Assembly: GCA_030324005.1 (NCBI GenBank)
Contig: JARDVH010000001.1
Coordinates: 118,766,502-118,830,501 of the forward strand
DNA from: Negaprion brevirostris
Lineage: Eukaryota
Direction: 5' to 3'
Length of the DNA stretch: 64,000 nt
The position numbers and the translations under genes are program-made. Positions 12,067 to 23,808 of this stretch are shown here, piece after piece. The notes beneath the pieces were generated by a model. The model was not told the DNA's origin and did no database searches. It saw nothing but the letters and a program-made list of their open reading frames with translations. Numbering within the stretch: position 1 is the first letter of the stretch; each line of letters opens with the position of its first letter.

Positions 12067-15000
12067 CATGTCTCCAAAAAGTGACTTGTTGCCTTCACAA
12101 GTGCAACTTAGTGCTGCTGTAGGCCAGTGTGCTTTGTTTAGCACAAAATATTCTTTTCAAAAAGATCTATAAAGATGACATTACTAATTAATATTTTATA
12201 TAGCACATCTTCGTAACATTACTTTGACATTTAAGAGACAACAGGATGACATGATTTTAGGATTGTACATTTCTGGTCCCAGGATAGATGAACTGATTGA
12301 TCTCTCTTTATGAATATAGTTCATTGATGCTAGAGGATGAGATATAGAAAACGTATCTTGATCTAATAGATGGTATGATTGAAACTGGGCACTTCATTGA
12401 AACAGAGTAGAGGCGGCTTCGTCTGTAACTATACTTATTGAATCTGTAAGTTAATGTACAAATTATTGTGTATAAATCAGTTGTGATGTAACTGAGCCGA
12501 CAATTAGCAGTAGGAGGTGGACTGAGGAATGTTGAGATTGGGGTGCATTTTGGGTTGAAGAGCTTGAGAGTCATAGGTAATCTAATCAGTGTTGGGACAA
12601 TAAGGCACAGTTGGTGGAGTCTGATCTGCGATGGATGATGAAATGATTGAAAGTCAATCAGTTGAGTGAAAATTGGCACAAAAACAAAAAATGCTGGAAA
12701 ATCTCACCAGATCTGACAGCGTCTTTGAAGAGAGGACAAGAGCTAATGTTTCAAGTCTCCATCAGGGCTGAACTTGGCTCCTGGTCAAATATGGTAGGAG
12801 ACAGCATATGTGCTGACATTGAGGTAATTGGAATACAATCAAGTATTTGATAATAAGACCAGGAGAGGATCTGTACTGCAACGGGGAAGGAATGTCCTGG
12901 TCAGTCCCTGGAATACCTGAGGGGAAGTCATTGGCGATTGACCTCCCTGGGCAAGCTTTAGCACACACATACTAAGCAACCTGTAAATATTAATTTCTAT
13001 AACTTGAAAATAAGGCTTAGTAAAGGCATCACCATCTGTAAGTGGGAACAATGCTCCCAATATCTGTCATTATACTAAGAGTGGAGGTTCAACCCAAAGT
13101 CGTCGTTGTAAACACCTCACTTGGGAATGCTTGAAGATGGCAAAAATGACTATTCCATTCACCAACAAAAATAACTCCTACTGAAGAGCACAAAAAGTCA
13201 CAATAAAGATTTTTTTAAAGGGATATTTGCAATTTGAACTGAATAGTATTACATAATATGCAAGGATATTAGAGAGTTGCTTCGTGTCATGGGACTGTAC
13301 CATAGAAAACATGAGTGTCAATGGGACAAATTCTTCATAAATTGGACAAGGATAAAAATATATACCAAAAAAATAAAGTCGTGAATTGAAATGTGCAGCA
13401 TACCTTTCTTGATCAGTTGTGTACACAAAGGCTTTAATATCACTGTCTGCAGGGACTGAATGAACCTTATTGTTGCAGGCTTTAAAGCAGTTTAAGCAAT
13501 GACAAACTGCACAGTCAGAGAAATTACAGGGGCCCCATGTCATCTGGCGAAAGGTCTTGCAAGAAACTCAATTAGTACTGTTGAGCAGAGCTGTGTGCAC
13601 CGAAAGATTGGGTAGTATCATATCATTGCTGACCATGCAGGCCACTACCAATTTTGTAAATGCAAAGAAGAATGATAAATCTTACTACCATTGGTAATGC
13701 ACCACGTACAGCACCGGCTATGAAGTGAATCGAATCTAGTGACCAGTGGAGCAGACGTAAATAGGGTATTCAGAGTCCAATGTTCCATGAACTAACCTTT
13801 GAAGAAGTGTCTCATTTAATAGATACTCACTCCTTCAAATTAAAATACTGGATGTGCAACAGGATAAAATTTATTTAAAAAAACGTGATTAATTAGAGCA
13901 TCCCGATAGTTATCTTGGCTTTGTTTCATGAATTTTCCCAAAAACACTGAAACATTCTGTTTCTGAAGTATTTTAGCAATATGCGTAATATTCCACATCT
14001 CTGTTGAAGTAACATTGTACTGAATATGAAGGTATTTCAACACAGCTGTGATATTAATATGTTTAACCTTCAAGTCAGATAGGCATAAGATTTGGGCAGG
14101 AATCATCTGTCAAGCGTTTTTGAAATATGCATTCCTATAGCTGAGAGATGATGGTGGTCACGACTCTCCTGAATTAGAACTAAGTACCCACGTCAGCAGA
14201 AAACCTGTAGTGTATTTGCTGCTGTTGCTGGCAGCATTTATCAGGTAGGATTCACCCATCTGAAAGATGCCAATGAGCTCATCTCAGGAAACTCACCAGC
14301 CAGCCCTGCTGTTCCAGGGCATCTTGAAAAGAATAAGTAGTTTGCAAAGGAGAAAATTAAATCACTTTTTCCTTTTGAAGAAACCACTGCTGTCAATCAG
14401 GCTTAAAATTTTTGTAAACATTGCAATTCGAAACAGTGGAGTTACTTGAGGCGCATTCAAACTTGAAGGGATATGTAAATAAACACAGCTGACTGGCACC
14501 TGAGTGGAAATCCATTAAGCTGTTAATGTCGAAATAATGGTGAGGCTAATGATGCTCATTGTTATTTATGCACAAATGATACAGCAATTTCATGCAAGGG
14601 CAAGGGTGCAATTAAGTGTAGAAATCCAAAAGCTGCCACAAGATTGCTCTGTACACCCCATTAGCTTCCTGAATATATCATCTTATGAACTGGTACAAGA
14701 TTAAAATGAATTGAATGGTATGAGGTTACTATATTTGCATGCAATATACACATTGAACATGTCGCAAAGAGTTATGTACTGCCTGTTGTTAGGATTCTGG
14801 ACCAGAACCGAATTACATTAGGATGTCAGACCAGACAGCAACGGTTTTTCTATTTTGGCATGAAAGTGAGGGATAGGCTACTATACTCCAGGAGCAACCC
14901 CACTGACAAATTAGGGATCTTTTATAGTAAAACTTTATTTAATAACATAGTTTAATTATAATTCTAACAAATGAAGCAGCTTAACTATTAACAGTGGAAC

Positions 15001-15345
15001 AATACTTAAAAATAAAAGGAAACAACTTTAATTTCAAACTTATTACTGTTTCACTTCCAAANNNNNNNNNNNNNNNNNNNNNNNNNNNNNNNNNNNNNNN
15101 NNNNNNNNNNNNNNNNNNNNNNNNNNNNNNNNNNNNNNNNNNNNNNNNNNNNNNNNNNNNNNNNNNNNNNNNNNNNNNNNNNNNNNNNNNNNNNNNNNNN
15201 NNNNNNNNNNNNNNNNNNNNNNNNACTAAAATGAGTAATTATCCTGTTCTCCCAGTATCTTAGCTAAATATTTTCCAGATAATTGACAACCTGCAGAATA
15301 GAGTGGAATTTGTAAACAGTCCCCTTAAACATAAAAAAAATACAA

Positions 15346-16480
15346 TGGGGGCAATTCTCTCAGAAAAATTCTAAGTGTCGAATTCATGTGAAAATTGTAG
15401 TAAATCACATTGTTTTTTTCAGCGGGAGTTCAAAGAAGAATCTCCCACACTCTGTGCACTGTTCAATGCACTAGCGTGAACCACAATGAAAATCTGGGGG
15501 CAGTGCTTATTCTCACTGGAGAGGCCGGCAGCATAATGCTGAACAAGCCTCAATTGCTGGCCAGCTTGATTGCCCTAAGATTCCTCTCTCCCCACCCCAC
15601 CTCCTGCCCCCATTACCCGATCGCTGGCTCCCCAAACATACCAGAGCCTAACCTCAGCCCCTCCCACCCACCCTCCTTACCGACAGCATCGACCCCCTTT
15701 CCCAAAAACCCCGATGGCCAGCTGGGATCGCTAGGACAGATCTGACTGTCTAGGTGCCAATGCCGAGGCGCCCTGACGTCCGACCCTCTGAGGGGCCTCA
15801 GTTGCCCTGCCCTCACTCCACTGAGGTCAGGCGACCAGCTCCCTGCCCGGAGATTTCAGTCTCGGGCCCGCTAATAGCATTTAAATCATATCGAAATTAA
15901 CATCAGCATAATTTATGCAGCTCAACGGATATCTGGCACTGGGAGACACATATTTGGGGCTGGATACCCAGCGCGGATCCTGCCGATCAGGCATCGCCTA
16001 AAACTCCTGGCTTGCTGCACTAGAAAATCAGTGCAGTAGGATGCTCCCCTCCTAGCTGGAGTCTGGAAGTGGGCATGCCAGGATGTCTGTTACGATCTTC
16101 TCTGTGGCAGTTAATTAAGGAGCCACCCCGGGACTCTTGCTGACTTAAGGAAGGTGGGCAGATTGGGGGATAGGCTAGTAGGAGAGCCAACAGCGATGTC
16201 TGCTGTTAGCGCCACTGGGAGAGATGGGCGCTGCCATATAGGGAGGAGAATGCAAGGCTGCCTTATGATGGAGGCAGCTGCTGAAGAATTACAAACTGGT
16301 GAAAGGAAGGTGTGGCTGCAGATATCCTGTTGTCAGGAATGCGGACCTCTGATTCCATGGCTCCCGGAGACGAGTGATTTAAGGAGAAATCGATGGATCC
16401 CTGAGTTGTCACCAAGAGACTTCCTTCAGGCAACTGCCAGACTTCTGTCTTTGCAAGGAATCCATCTGCTGTCAGGAAGA
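15346..16480. mobile_element. GC-rich non-autonomous DNA-transposon-like repeat(s), probably Harbinger-related
   Basis: Starts with a GGGGGCAATTCTC TIR-like end and has an abrupt CpG/GC rise with C-rich tracts. Right boundary uncertain. Confidence 0.4.
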
Positions 16481-16491
16481 TTCCAGCTGTC

Positions 16492-16798
16492 AAAGTTTAA
16501 AGTTTATTAGTGTCACAAGTAGGCTTACATTAACACTGCAATGAAGTTACTGTGAAAATCCCCTACTCACCAACTCTGATGCCTATTTGTGTACACTGAG
16601 GGAGAGTTTAGCATGACTGATGCACCTAACCAGCATGTCTTTAGGACTGTGGGAGGAAATCGGAGCACCTGGAGGAAACCCACGCAGACACAGAGAGAAC
16701 ATGCAGACTCCGCAAAGACAGTGACCCAAGCCGGGAATTGAACCTGGGTCCCTGGTGCAATGAGGCAGCAGTGCTAACCACTGTGCCACTGTGCCACC
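16492..16798 (-). mobile_element. HE1-related SINE with alternative (non-CR1) 3' tail
   Basis: HE1-like head and core; tail ggggattttcacagtaacttcattgcagtgttaatgtaagcctacttgtgacactaataaac. Flanked by cagctgt at 16484-16490 and 16800-16806. Confidence 0.85.
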
Positions 16799-17878
16799 AC
16801 AGCTGTGTCAACAATTAATCCCAAACAAGTGGTTTTTGAACCCAACTAACTTTCTGCAACTGCCAGTCAGGCCCCAATTCCATCAAGGCTGCTTGAAGGT
16901 GGGATCACATTGTGGAACTATCCAGATGTGAGATTTTCAAATTTTTACTCGAGCCCCACATTTAAAGCCATCTCCACAGACTTGGAAAAGTCAGCCCAAT
17001 ATGAGGAAAGACCCAGAGATGGAAAGGTTTGGATACGACAGATCCAAAGTCACTTGTTCCTCTCAAGCATGATACACGTAAACCACCAACAATATTTTGC
17101 ATTTATATATAACGTCTTTTACGTATTAAAACACAAAATGTGCTTCACAGAAGCCAAATCACGGCAAAAGAAATTAACACCAAGCCAAAAGAGAGTAATC
17201 AGAACCAATGTTCCTGCACAACAATCTGGAAAGTACTGTGCACTTTAATGAAAAGGTTGCTCAGAAAAGTAAGAGAGGGTGGGGTTGGGCTATGTATCAA
17301 ATCACAGTCACAAAATGAGAGGGTGGGGAAAAATGCAGCTGTAATTGAGGGAGCAGAGAGCTCCAATGGGGGGAGGTGCGCCTGGAAGAAAGTGGTAGGA
17401 AAGGTAGAACTTGAGAAAGTGGACAGGTCCTCAGAGCCCCAGGAGAGTCTGAGCTTTAGAATGTGAGGGCACATTGGGAGAAGGGAGACTTGTGAAAACT
17501 CTCCAGTCGCCATTTGGCTTGCAACTATATGCCAGCCTGGAAACAACAGATTAATTGAAGCAAAATCGGTGCATGGTTAATTGATGAGAAACCACGTTCA
17601 ATCTCAATGTTTGGTAAGATGGATTTGTAAAGTTTTCAATGAACCAAGTCCTGACTTCCAAGCCCTGTTGTTCTTCCCTGCTCCTTTTGTTTTTCATCTA
17701 CTCTACTGAGAGGATAGGTTTTGGTGTTGGGAAAAAGGTGCTAACAGTCCTGCTGTGGGATCTGTAAGGAGTGGTTGCATGAGATGCATGTGAGAAGGGG
17801 TAAAATGGGATGTTTGAGGAGAGCGTGAATGCACCAATTAGCTAAGAGTTAGAATAGAATTTGTCAGAGGAGGCAGGG

Positions 17879-18025
17879 GGATTGGGGTGTGTGAGATGAG
17901 GGAGGGAGGGCGGATTGGGATACGTGAGATGAGGGAGGGAGGGCGGATTGGGATGCGTGAGATGAGGGAGGGAGGGCGGATTGGGATGCGTGAGATGAGG
18001 GAGCGGGGGCGGATTGGGATGCGTG
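17879..18025 (+). repeat. 33-bp G-rich minisatellite, ~4.5 copies
   Basis: Unit GGATTGGGATGCGTGAGATGAGGGAGGGAGGGC; explains the 11-aa periodic ORFs. Confidence 0.95.
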
Positions 18026-20696
18026 GGTGGGAGGAGACCAGTGCTTTCTTTAAACAGTCTAAAGTGCGTGTCCACAGCCGTGCAACAATCTGCAGTGTAC
18101 CATGCATTGAAATATAACTTGCACACACAGATACACATCATGAAAGTTCAGTGACTAACAATGTAAGCTGCCCAATGGATATAGAAGTATTGTTCAGAAG
18201 AGTTTGTAGCCCTCCCTTTACAAAAAAACATTTATTATATTTATTTATTAGGACAGGATGAGATTTGCTGAATTAGGAAGGGGCCCTTGGAGCGATTTGA
18301 GAATGAGGATGAAAACTTTAAATCTCAGGTGTTTCCTAACTAGGAGCCACTGTGGACCAATGAGCACAGAGGTGATGGTGAATGGAACAATGTAAATTCA
18401 ACTTATTGTTTCATACCTCAAATTACTTAATTTCAGTTCGACCAACTATCAGCAGGAAGGTAGAGAATCTCAGCTATAAAAAACGATGCCACTATGGCTG
18501 AATCAGGTCTAATACCCTAAAGACCTGAAGTGTATTTTAATTCAGCATTTTTGAATCAGCATTCATGGTACAAAAAGGCATGATTAATTATTAATTTCTA
18601 GATTTTATTTTTGGTCATTGACTTGTCCAGCCAAGACAGCACTTTTATGCTAGTCGAAAAGAAGGTTCAACAGGGAGATTATTGAACTTATGAGATAAAC
18701 AGCTATGCAGACTGTTGAGCAGGGTCCTGCTGCAGGGCCACAGGTACAGATAAACACTGGGTGTTGTAAATTAGCAGTGTTAGTGTTAGAATAAATGGAA
18801 GCTTGTGGGGAGCCATCATAGAGGAAAGGAAGTATGAATGTCACTACTACTGCCACATCCAGTGGTGTACAGAAGACTTGTAAGGATTGTTTTCCCTAAA
18901 GCCATATATTTACCTACTTTTCTAAAAACTAAACTGTCACAAAATGTATATACCCAATAATGCCAGATACTGGAAAGAATCTCAAAGCATTCAGCTCATA
19001 TCAAGTTTCAAGTAGCTTTAATCTGCTTGCCATTAATTGGATTCAGGCTTTGTAACTCGCNNNNNNNNNNNNNNNNNNNNNNNNNNNNNNNNNNNNNNNN
19101 NNNNNNNNNNNNNNNNNNNNNNNNNNNNNNNNNNNNNNNNNNNNNNNNNNNNNNNNNAGCTCTTTGTTCGTTTGTGCATTTCTGAGAATTACAGCGACAC
19201 AGTGAAATGATTTTATTAATTGGTTTGCTGTGGTGAGGCATGAACGTGTTTTCCAAACTCTTTCTGACATGTGAAATATAAGCTCCCGAGCATTCAGTCA
19301 AAAGAATATATGATACTGTGCAGAAAGTTTAGGTACAGATTCTGGAAGACATTTAGCCAAAGGTTCAATTCGATCTGACGTGAAAACTCCCAGAGGAGAC
19401 TGTAACCTGGTTACCATCATTGAACGCCAGAGAGGCTTTGCACTCATCTAATTTCAACGTCCCATTTTCTGGTGTTCACAGTCATTAAAGGCCAGAGTTA
19501 GTGTAGAAAGGAAAGATTTAGCCTTGAAACAAATTTGCTTTGTACTTTTCACTGTTGAGATATTGGACAAATCCCAACATTAAACTACTTTAAAATAACT
19601 GGTGGCTTCCGTTATGCAATCCTTGACTCCTGACGTGATAAGGAATGGGTCACATAGAATTTGCACTATTCAAACAGGCCATTCAGCCCACCTAGTCAAT
19701 GCTGGGTTGAAGAGGAGAAATGCAAAGTTGTGTTGTGTTCCTATTCTGTGTAAAAACTCTGGAGCTTGGACAGTTTTTAAGATTTGGAGAGCTGGATTTT
19801 CATGAAGGACGTGGGAAGTAGGAGTTGATATTGTTCATGACTCTGCAAACCTGACTCTGTTAAAGATTCTCTCACCCATATATTTTTGTTTTGAGGCGGT
19901 GGATGCGGGACGGAGTCGGGCATCAGCCCAGTTGTATACATGACTGTTGAGTCCTCGATTCCTTACTCCACCACCTTCCATCCCCTTCATATCTCCCACA
20001 GCTCATCAATGCCCCCTCATATGGCTCAGTCTCCTTCCACACCTTCCATACCTACTCTTCCAGTATCCTCTATGAACAGATCCAATGAGCTGTATGCAAG
20101 GCTGGCAAGTCTTTGAAATGTCTCTGAAACTGACAAAATAAGGAAAAGACTTTGATAATCTTCCTTCTGGAAAACTGCTCAACTTAGAACTTTTTAAAAC
20201 CTTTCAATCAATCATAGCCATTTGAATGGTATCAATGTTGAAAAGCTATTTTCCACTTCACACTTATTAATCTTGTGTAAATAAACCCACAGGCACTGAA
20301 AAATCTGTTCAAAGTAGGATCAGGTTAAAATGTGAATCAAATAAAACTATCACTCTCCTGTAGGCTGTGTCAAAATTGCCTGTAGGGCTGAATGCATTGT
20401 TCATTCTTGAAGCTCAGCCAAACATTCATCTGGTATCAACAAAAGCAGATGGTTGGACATTTTTTTTTCCCATTGGAATCAGGTTCTGCCTGTCATCTTT
20501 AAAGGCCTCCTATATCTGCCCGCTTCCCAGAAAATTTGGACTGAAGTTTTAATTAATGGAATAGGTAACGCTGAAAAGATCTTTCATTATAGTTGTGATC
20601 TCACCACATTGTTTAAATGTTCAGTAGTGCAATAACAGTAGTCATTGATTTTCTGTCTTAACTGCATCAATATGAGTAGAAAGAAGAAAAAGAACA

Positions 20697-21100
20697 GATT
20701 TGCATTTATATAGTTGTGTCCCCAATTCAGAACATCCTAAAGCACTTTACATCAGTGAATTGCTTCTGAAGTTTAATCGTTGTTGTAATGTAGGAAATAC
20801 AGCAGCCAACACAGCAAGGTTCCAAAAACAATCGTGATAATGACCAGAACACATGTTACAGGGAAGTTCATTGAAGGATAAATGTTGATCAAGGTAATCT
20901 TCCTTAAATAGTACCATGGACTCTTTCCGAGAGGGAAAACTGTACCTGCGTTAAATGTTTCATCCAAATGATGGCATTGCCTACAGTGCAGTACTTTCTT
21001 GATACTGCACTGGAGTGTCAGCCTAGATTTTGTGTTCAGATCTTTGGAGCTGTGTGGAACCCACAACCTTCTGATTTGAAGGGGAGACTGCTATATCTGT
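20697..21100 (-). mobile_element. Deu-domain (SacSINE1-like) SINE, near full length
   Basis: ttgcatttatatag tail, gataatgaccaga, and tactgcactggagtgtcagcctagatt core. Confidence 0.75.
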
Positions 21101-22499
21101 AATATCTGTAATACCATGAGCCTCATAAATATGAGTGGAAATTAGGCAGAAACACAAATGTCTCTAACTTTTAATAGTGAAGTGACTGTCAGCTTTGGAG
21201 TGGCTGTGGTACACATTGTGTCATCAGTGTGCAGGGATGTTCACATTGATGGATAGTCAGTTGTAACATTATTCATTTTTAAAAGATCAGAAACAATTTT
21301 CAGTTAATTATGGGCAAAATTCTGTACCCTCTGCTGGTGTGAATATAGATGAAAAGGTACTTCTATACACTGAGGCTATGGTCTGAATGCTGATTAGTTT
21401 GTAAACCCTTCTGATAAAGTTATCAGTATGCTAGTTCTGGCGTAGAATCGAAATCCAGTTGTTCAAACATTCAAAGACCATCTCGGAAGCACTTGCAATT
21501 TATTTATTAATTGAAAAGCAAAACTCTTGCAATCCAAAGCAAAACCTGAATACTTAATTAATGAATTGTTCAGAGATTTGTTAACAAGCTGCTATGAAAA
21601 TTATATCAGGAATTTGTTTTATTCATAATTGTTGGTATTGCCGTGAAGAAATTCTTCAGCATCCCTTTTATTTTCTGTGGCAGATGGCAGATAAAAGCTG
21701 GACCTGTTCATTAAATATAAATCAGTCTGGAAGATATTTCTTTGTTTTGTTTTTGTTCCTTCTCCTCTGGGATGTTCAGCTGAATCCAAGCTAGACAGGT
21801 GGTATGAGAGTTTCCTCTTTCTGACTGTTGCTATGGCGTCTTAGCAAAATGAGTTCAAAAACCTCAAACTAGTTTTCAGTGAGCACGGAAGACCTGCTTC
21901 AAATTGTTGTACAATATTCCCAAATTAACAATACAGTCAGTTGACAATCTTATGTTTAAAGCTTATAAGTTTTGAAGCTTTGTGAAATTATAATTTCTTC
22001 CTTGTTTACTTGTTGGTTCTTTTGTTATTCAGGTTGAAGTATTCTGTATTCTAACTCATCTATATCCACCTTGTATTTGCTGGTTGCCATGCATAGCATG
22101 GTTTTAAAATAGATTTATAAATTTATCATTTCTAAGTTCACATTTCTAAGTCCTTACCTCGTCACCCAATTTATCTGTCGGACTCAGTAAAAATACATTA
22201 AGGGTGTAGAGTGGAATAAGGCAGGTGTTTCAACCCAGGATTGAGGAATGTTGTCTAATGGGGTAAATCAAAGCCGGAGTTTTTTGTTATTCATCTAGGC
22301 TTTAGTTGGAGAATGCAGCAAGATAATAATCAGCTAGTCTATGCGCCAGGCGAAATGGCAGTTGGCGTTTGGGTTCATGGAGATGGAGAATGATTTTGTC
22401 TTTGTTGATAAAGGTTTTGGTTTTTCATAAACCAGCAGCTGACAAGAGCTAGGTCTGTGCTAGATGGTTGCAATCATCGTCCAAATGCTCACAATTAGG

Positions 22500-22777
22500 G
22501 TGGTATGGTCGCATAGTGGTTAGCACTGCTGGATTTGATTTCTGGCTTCAGTCATTATCTGTTGCTGAGTCTGCATGTTCTGCCTGTGCCTGTGTGGGTT
22601 TCCTCCAGGTGCTCTGGTTTCCTCTGACAATCCGGTGCATTGGTTAGGTGCACTGACCATGCTAAATTCTCCCTCAGTGTACCCAGACAGGCGCCGGAGT
22701 GTGGCAGCTAGGGGATTTTCACAGTAACTTCATTGCAGTGTTAAGTAAACCTACTTGTGGCACTAATAAATAAACTT
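22500..22777 (+). mobile_element. HE1-related SINE with alternative 3' tail
   Basis: Same tail as 16492-16798. 8-bp TSD CAATTAGG at 22492-22499 and 22778-22785. Confidence 0.9.
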
Positions 22778-23366
22778 CAATTAGGAAAAGTGTTTATTTC
22801 TTTAGAGTCAGTGTATGCTTGTGCCATTTGAGTGGAAAAACACTGGTCAACTCGGGGCTTATTAGAGTTGCTGTGTGACTGAATTGTATGTCATGATTTT
22901 GGAATTCCATGAACAAATTTACAAGAGTGGTAACTTTGCAATTGAGTTACTGTCAGCTGTGCTATTTGACATTAAAATTGTGTCCAATCCCATATAATAC
23001 AGTATATGGAGTTTTAAAAAAATGGTTGCAATGCATAAATGCTTGCCAATGGGAAGGATAATTATGTGAGATGTCTCTGATCAGCCAGAGTGTGGAGAAA
23101 AAGGGAAATCTCAGCCAATGAAGGAGAAAGACTGGAGGATTTCAGCCAAATTGGAAGTAACGTAAAAATAACAAATGTATATGTTTAATTGCTTGACTAA
23201 ATTTTTAACAGAAAAATACTTGTGCCATGTTACTGGAGATCTGTGGAATTTTAATAAAATGGAAGAGGCACCTCAGGAAAAAAAGGTTGAGAATCCCTAA
23301 AAGAGGGTGTGTTGTTCTGGGATGGGTGGTAAGGCATATTGCTGAGAGAATCTTGTCGGAGATATT

Positions 23367-23486
23367 GGGTGGGATTCTCTGGCCTCCCAGCTGCTGTCAT
23401 TGGGATTTCCCATTAAAGCCCCCCTGACTCTGCTGCTGGCGGGCCCAAATAATCCCACTGGCGTGAACAACCAGAGGATCCCATCC
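23367..23486. mobile_element. PIF/Harbinger-like MITE (120 bp)
   Basis: TIRs GGGTGGGATTCTCTGG / CCAGAGGATCCCATCC; 3-bp TSD ATT. Confidence 0.75.
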
Positions 23487-23679
23487 ATTGCCTTTATCCA
23501 GCCAATGGCTAACTGGAGGAGAAGGGTCTGGCACATTTCAATTAACATGGGACTGAATACAGTAATGTGAACACATAACCCACATCTAGGGTGATTCTAG
23601 TGTTGGACAGAGCCAAGTGCACAAGCAAGCATGGAGGTAGCTCCTGGCTTGAACTATTTACTGTATATTTGCCAACTTT

Positions 23680-23808
23680 AAGGGCATTCAAATGGTCAGT
23701 GGATAGGCATATGGATAATATTGGAATAGTTTAGGTTAGAGTGTCATTAGATTGATTCCACTGGTCGGCGCAACATCGAGGGCCGAAGGGCCTGTACTGT
23801 ACTGTTCT
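23680..23808 (+). mobile_element. CR1 LINE 3' end running into an N gap
   Basis: ggtcggcgcaacatcgagggccgaagggcctgtactgtactgttct. Confidence 0.75.

Noticed and set aside
17838-18141. Repetitive Pro-rich or Arg/Gly-rich ORFs; CRISPR-like periodicity
   Set aside because: Translation of a 33-bp tandem repeat with no unique spacers, in eukaryotic context.
20500-20540. SYICPLPRK resembling the same SORCS2 exon
   Set aside because: Only 4 residues match and there is no exon-like context.
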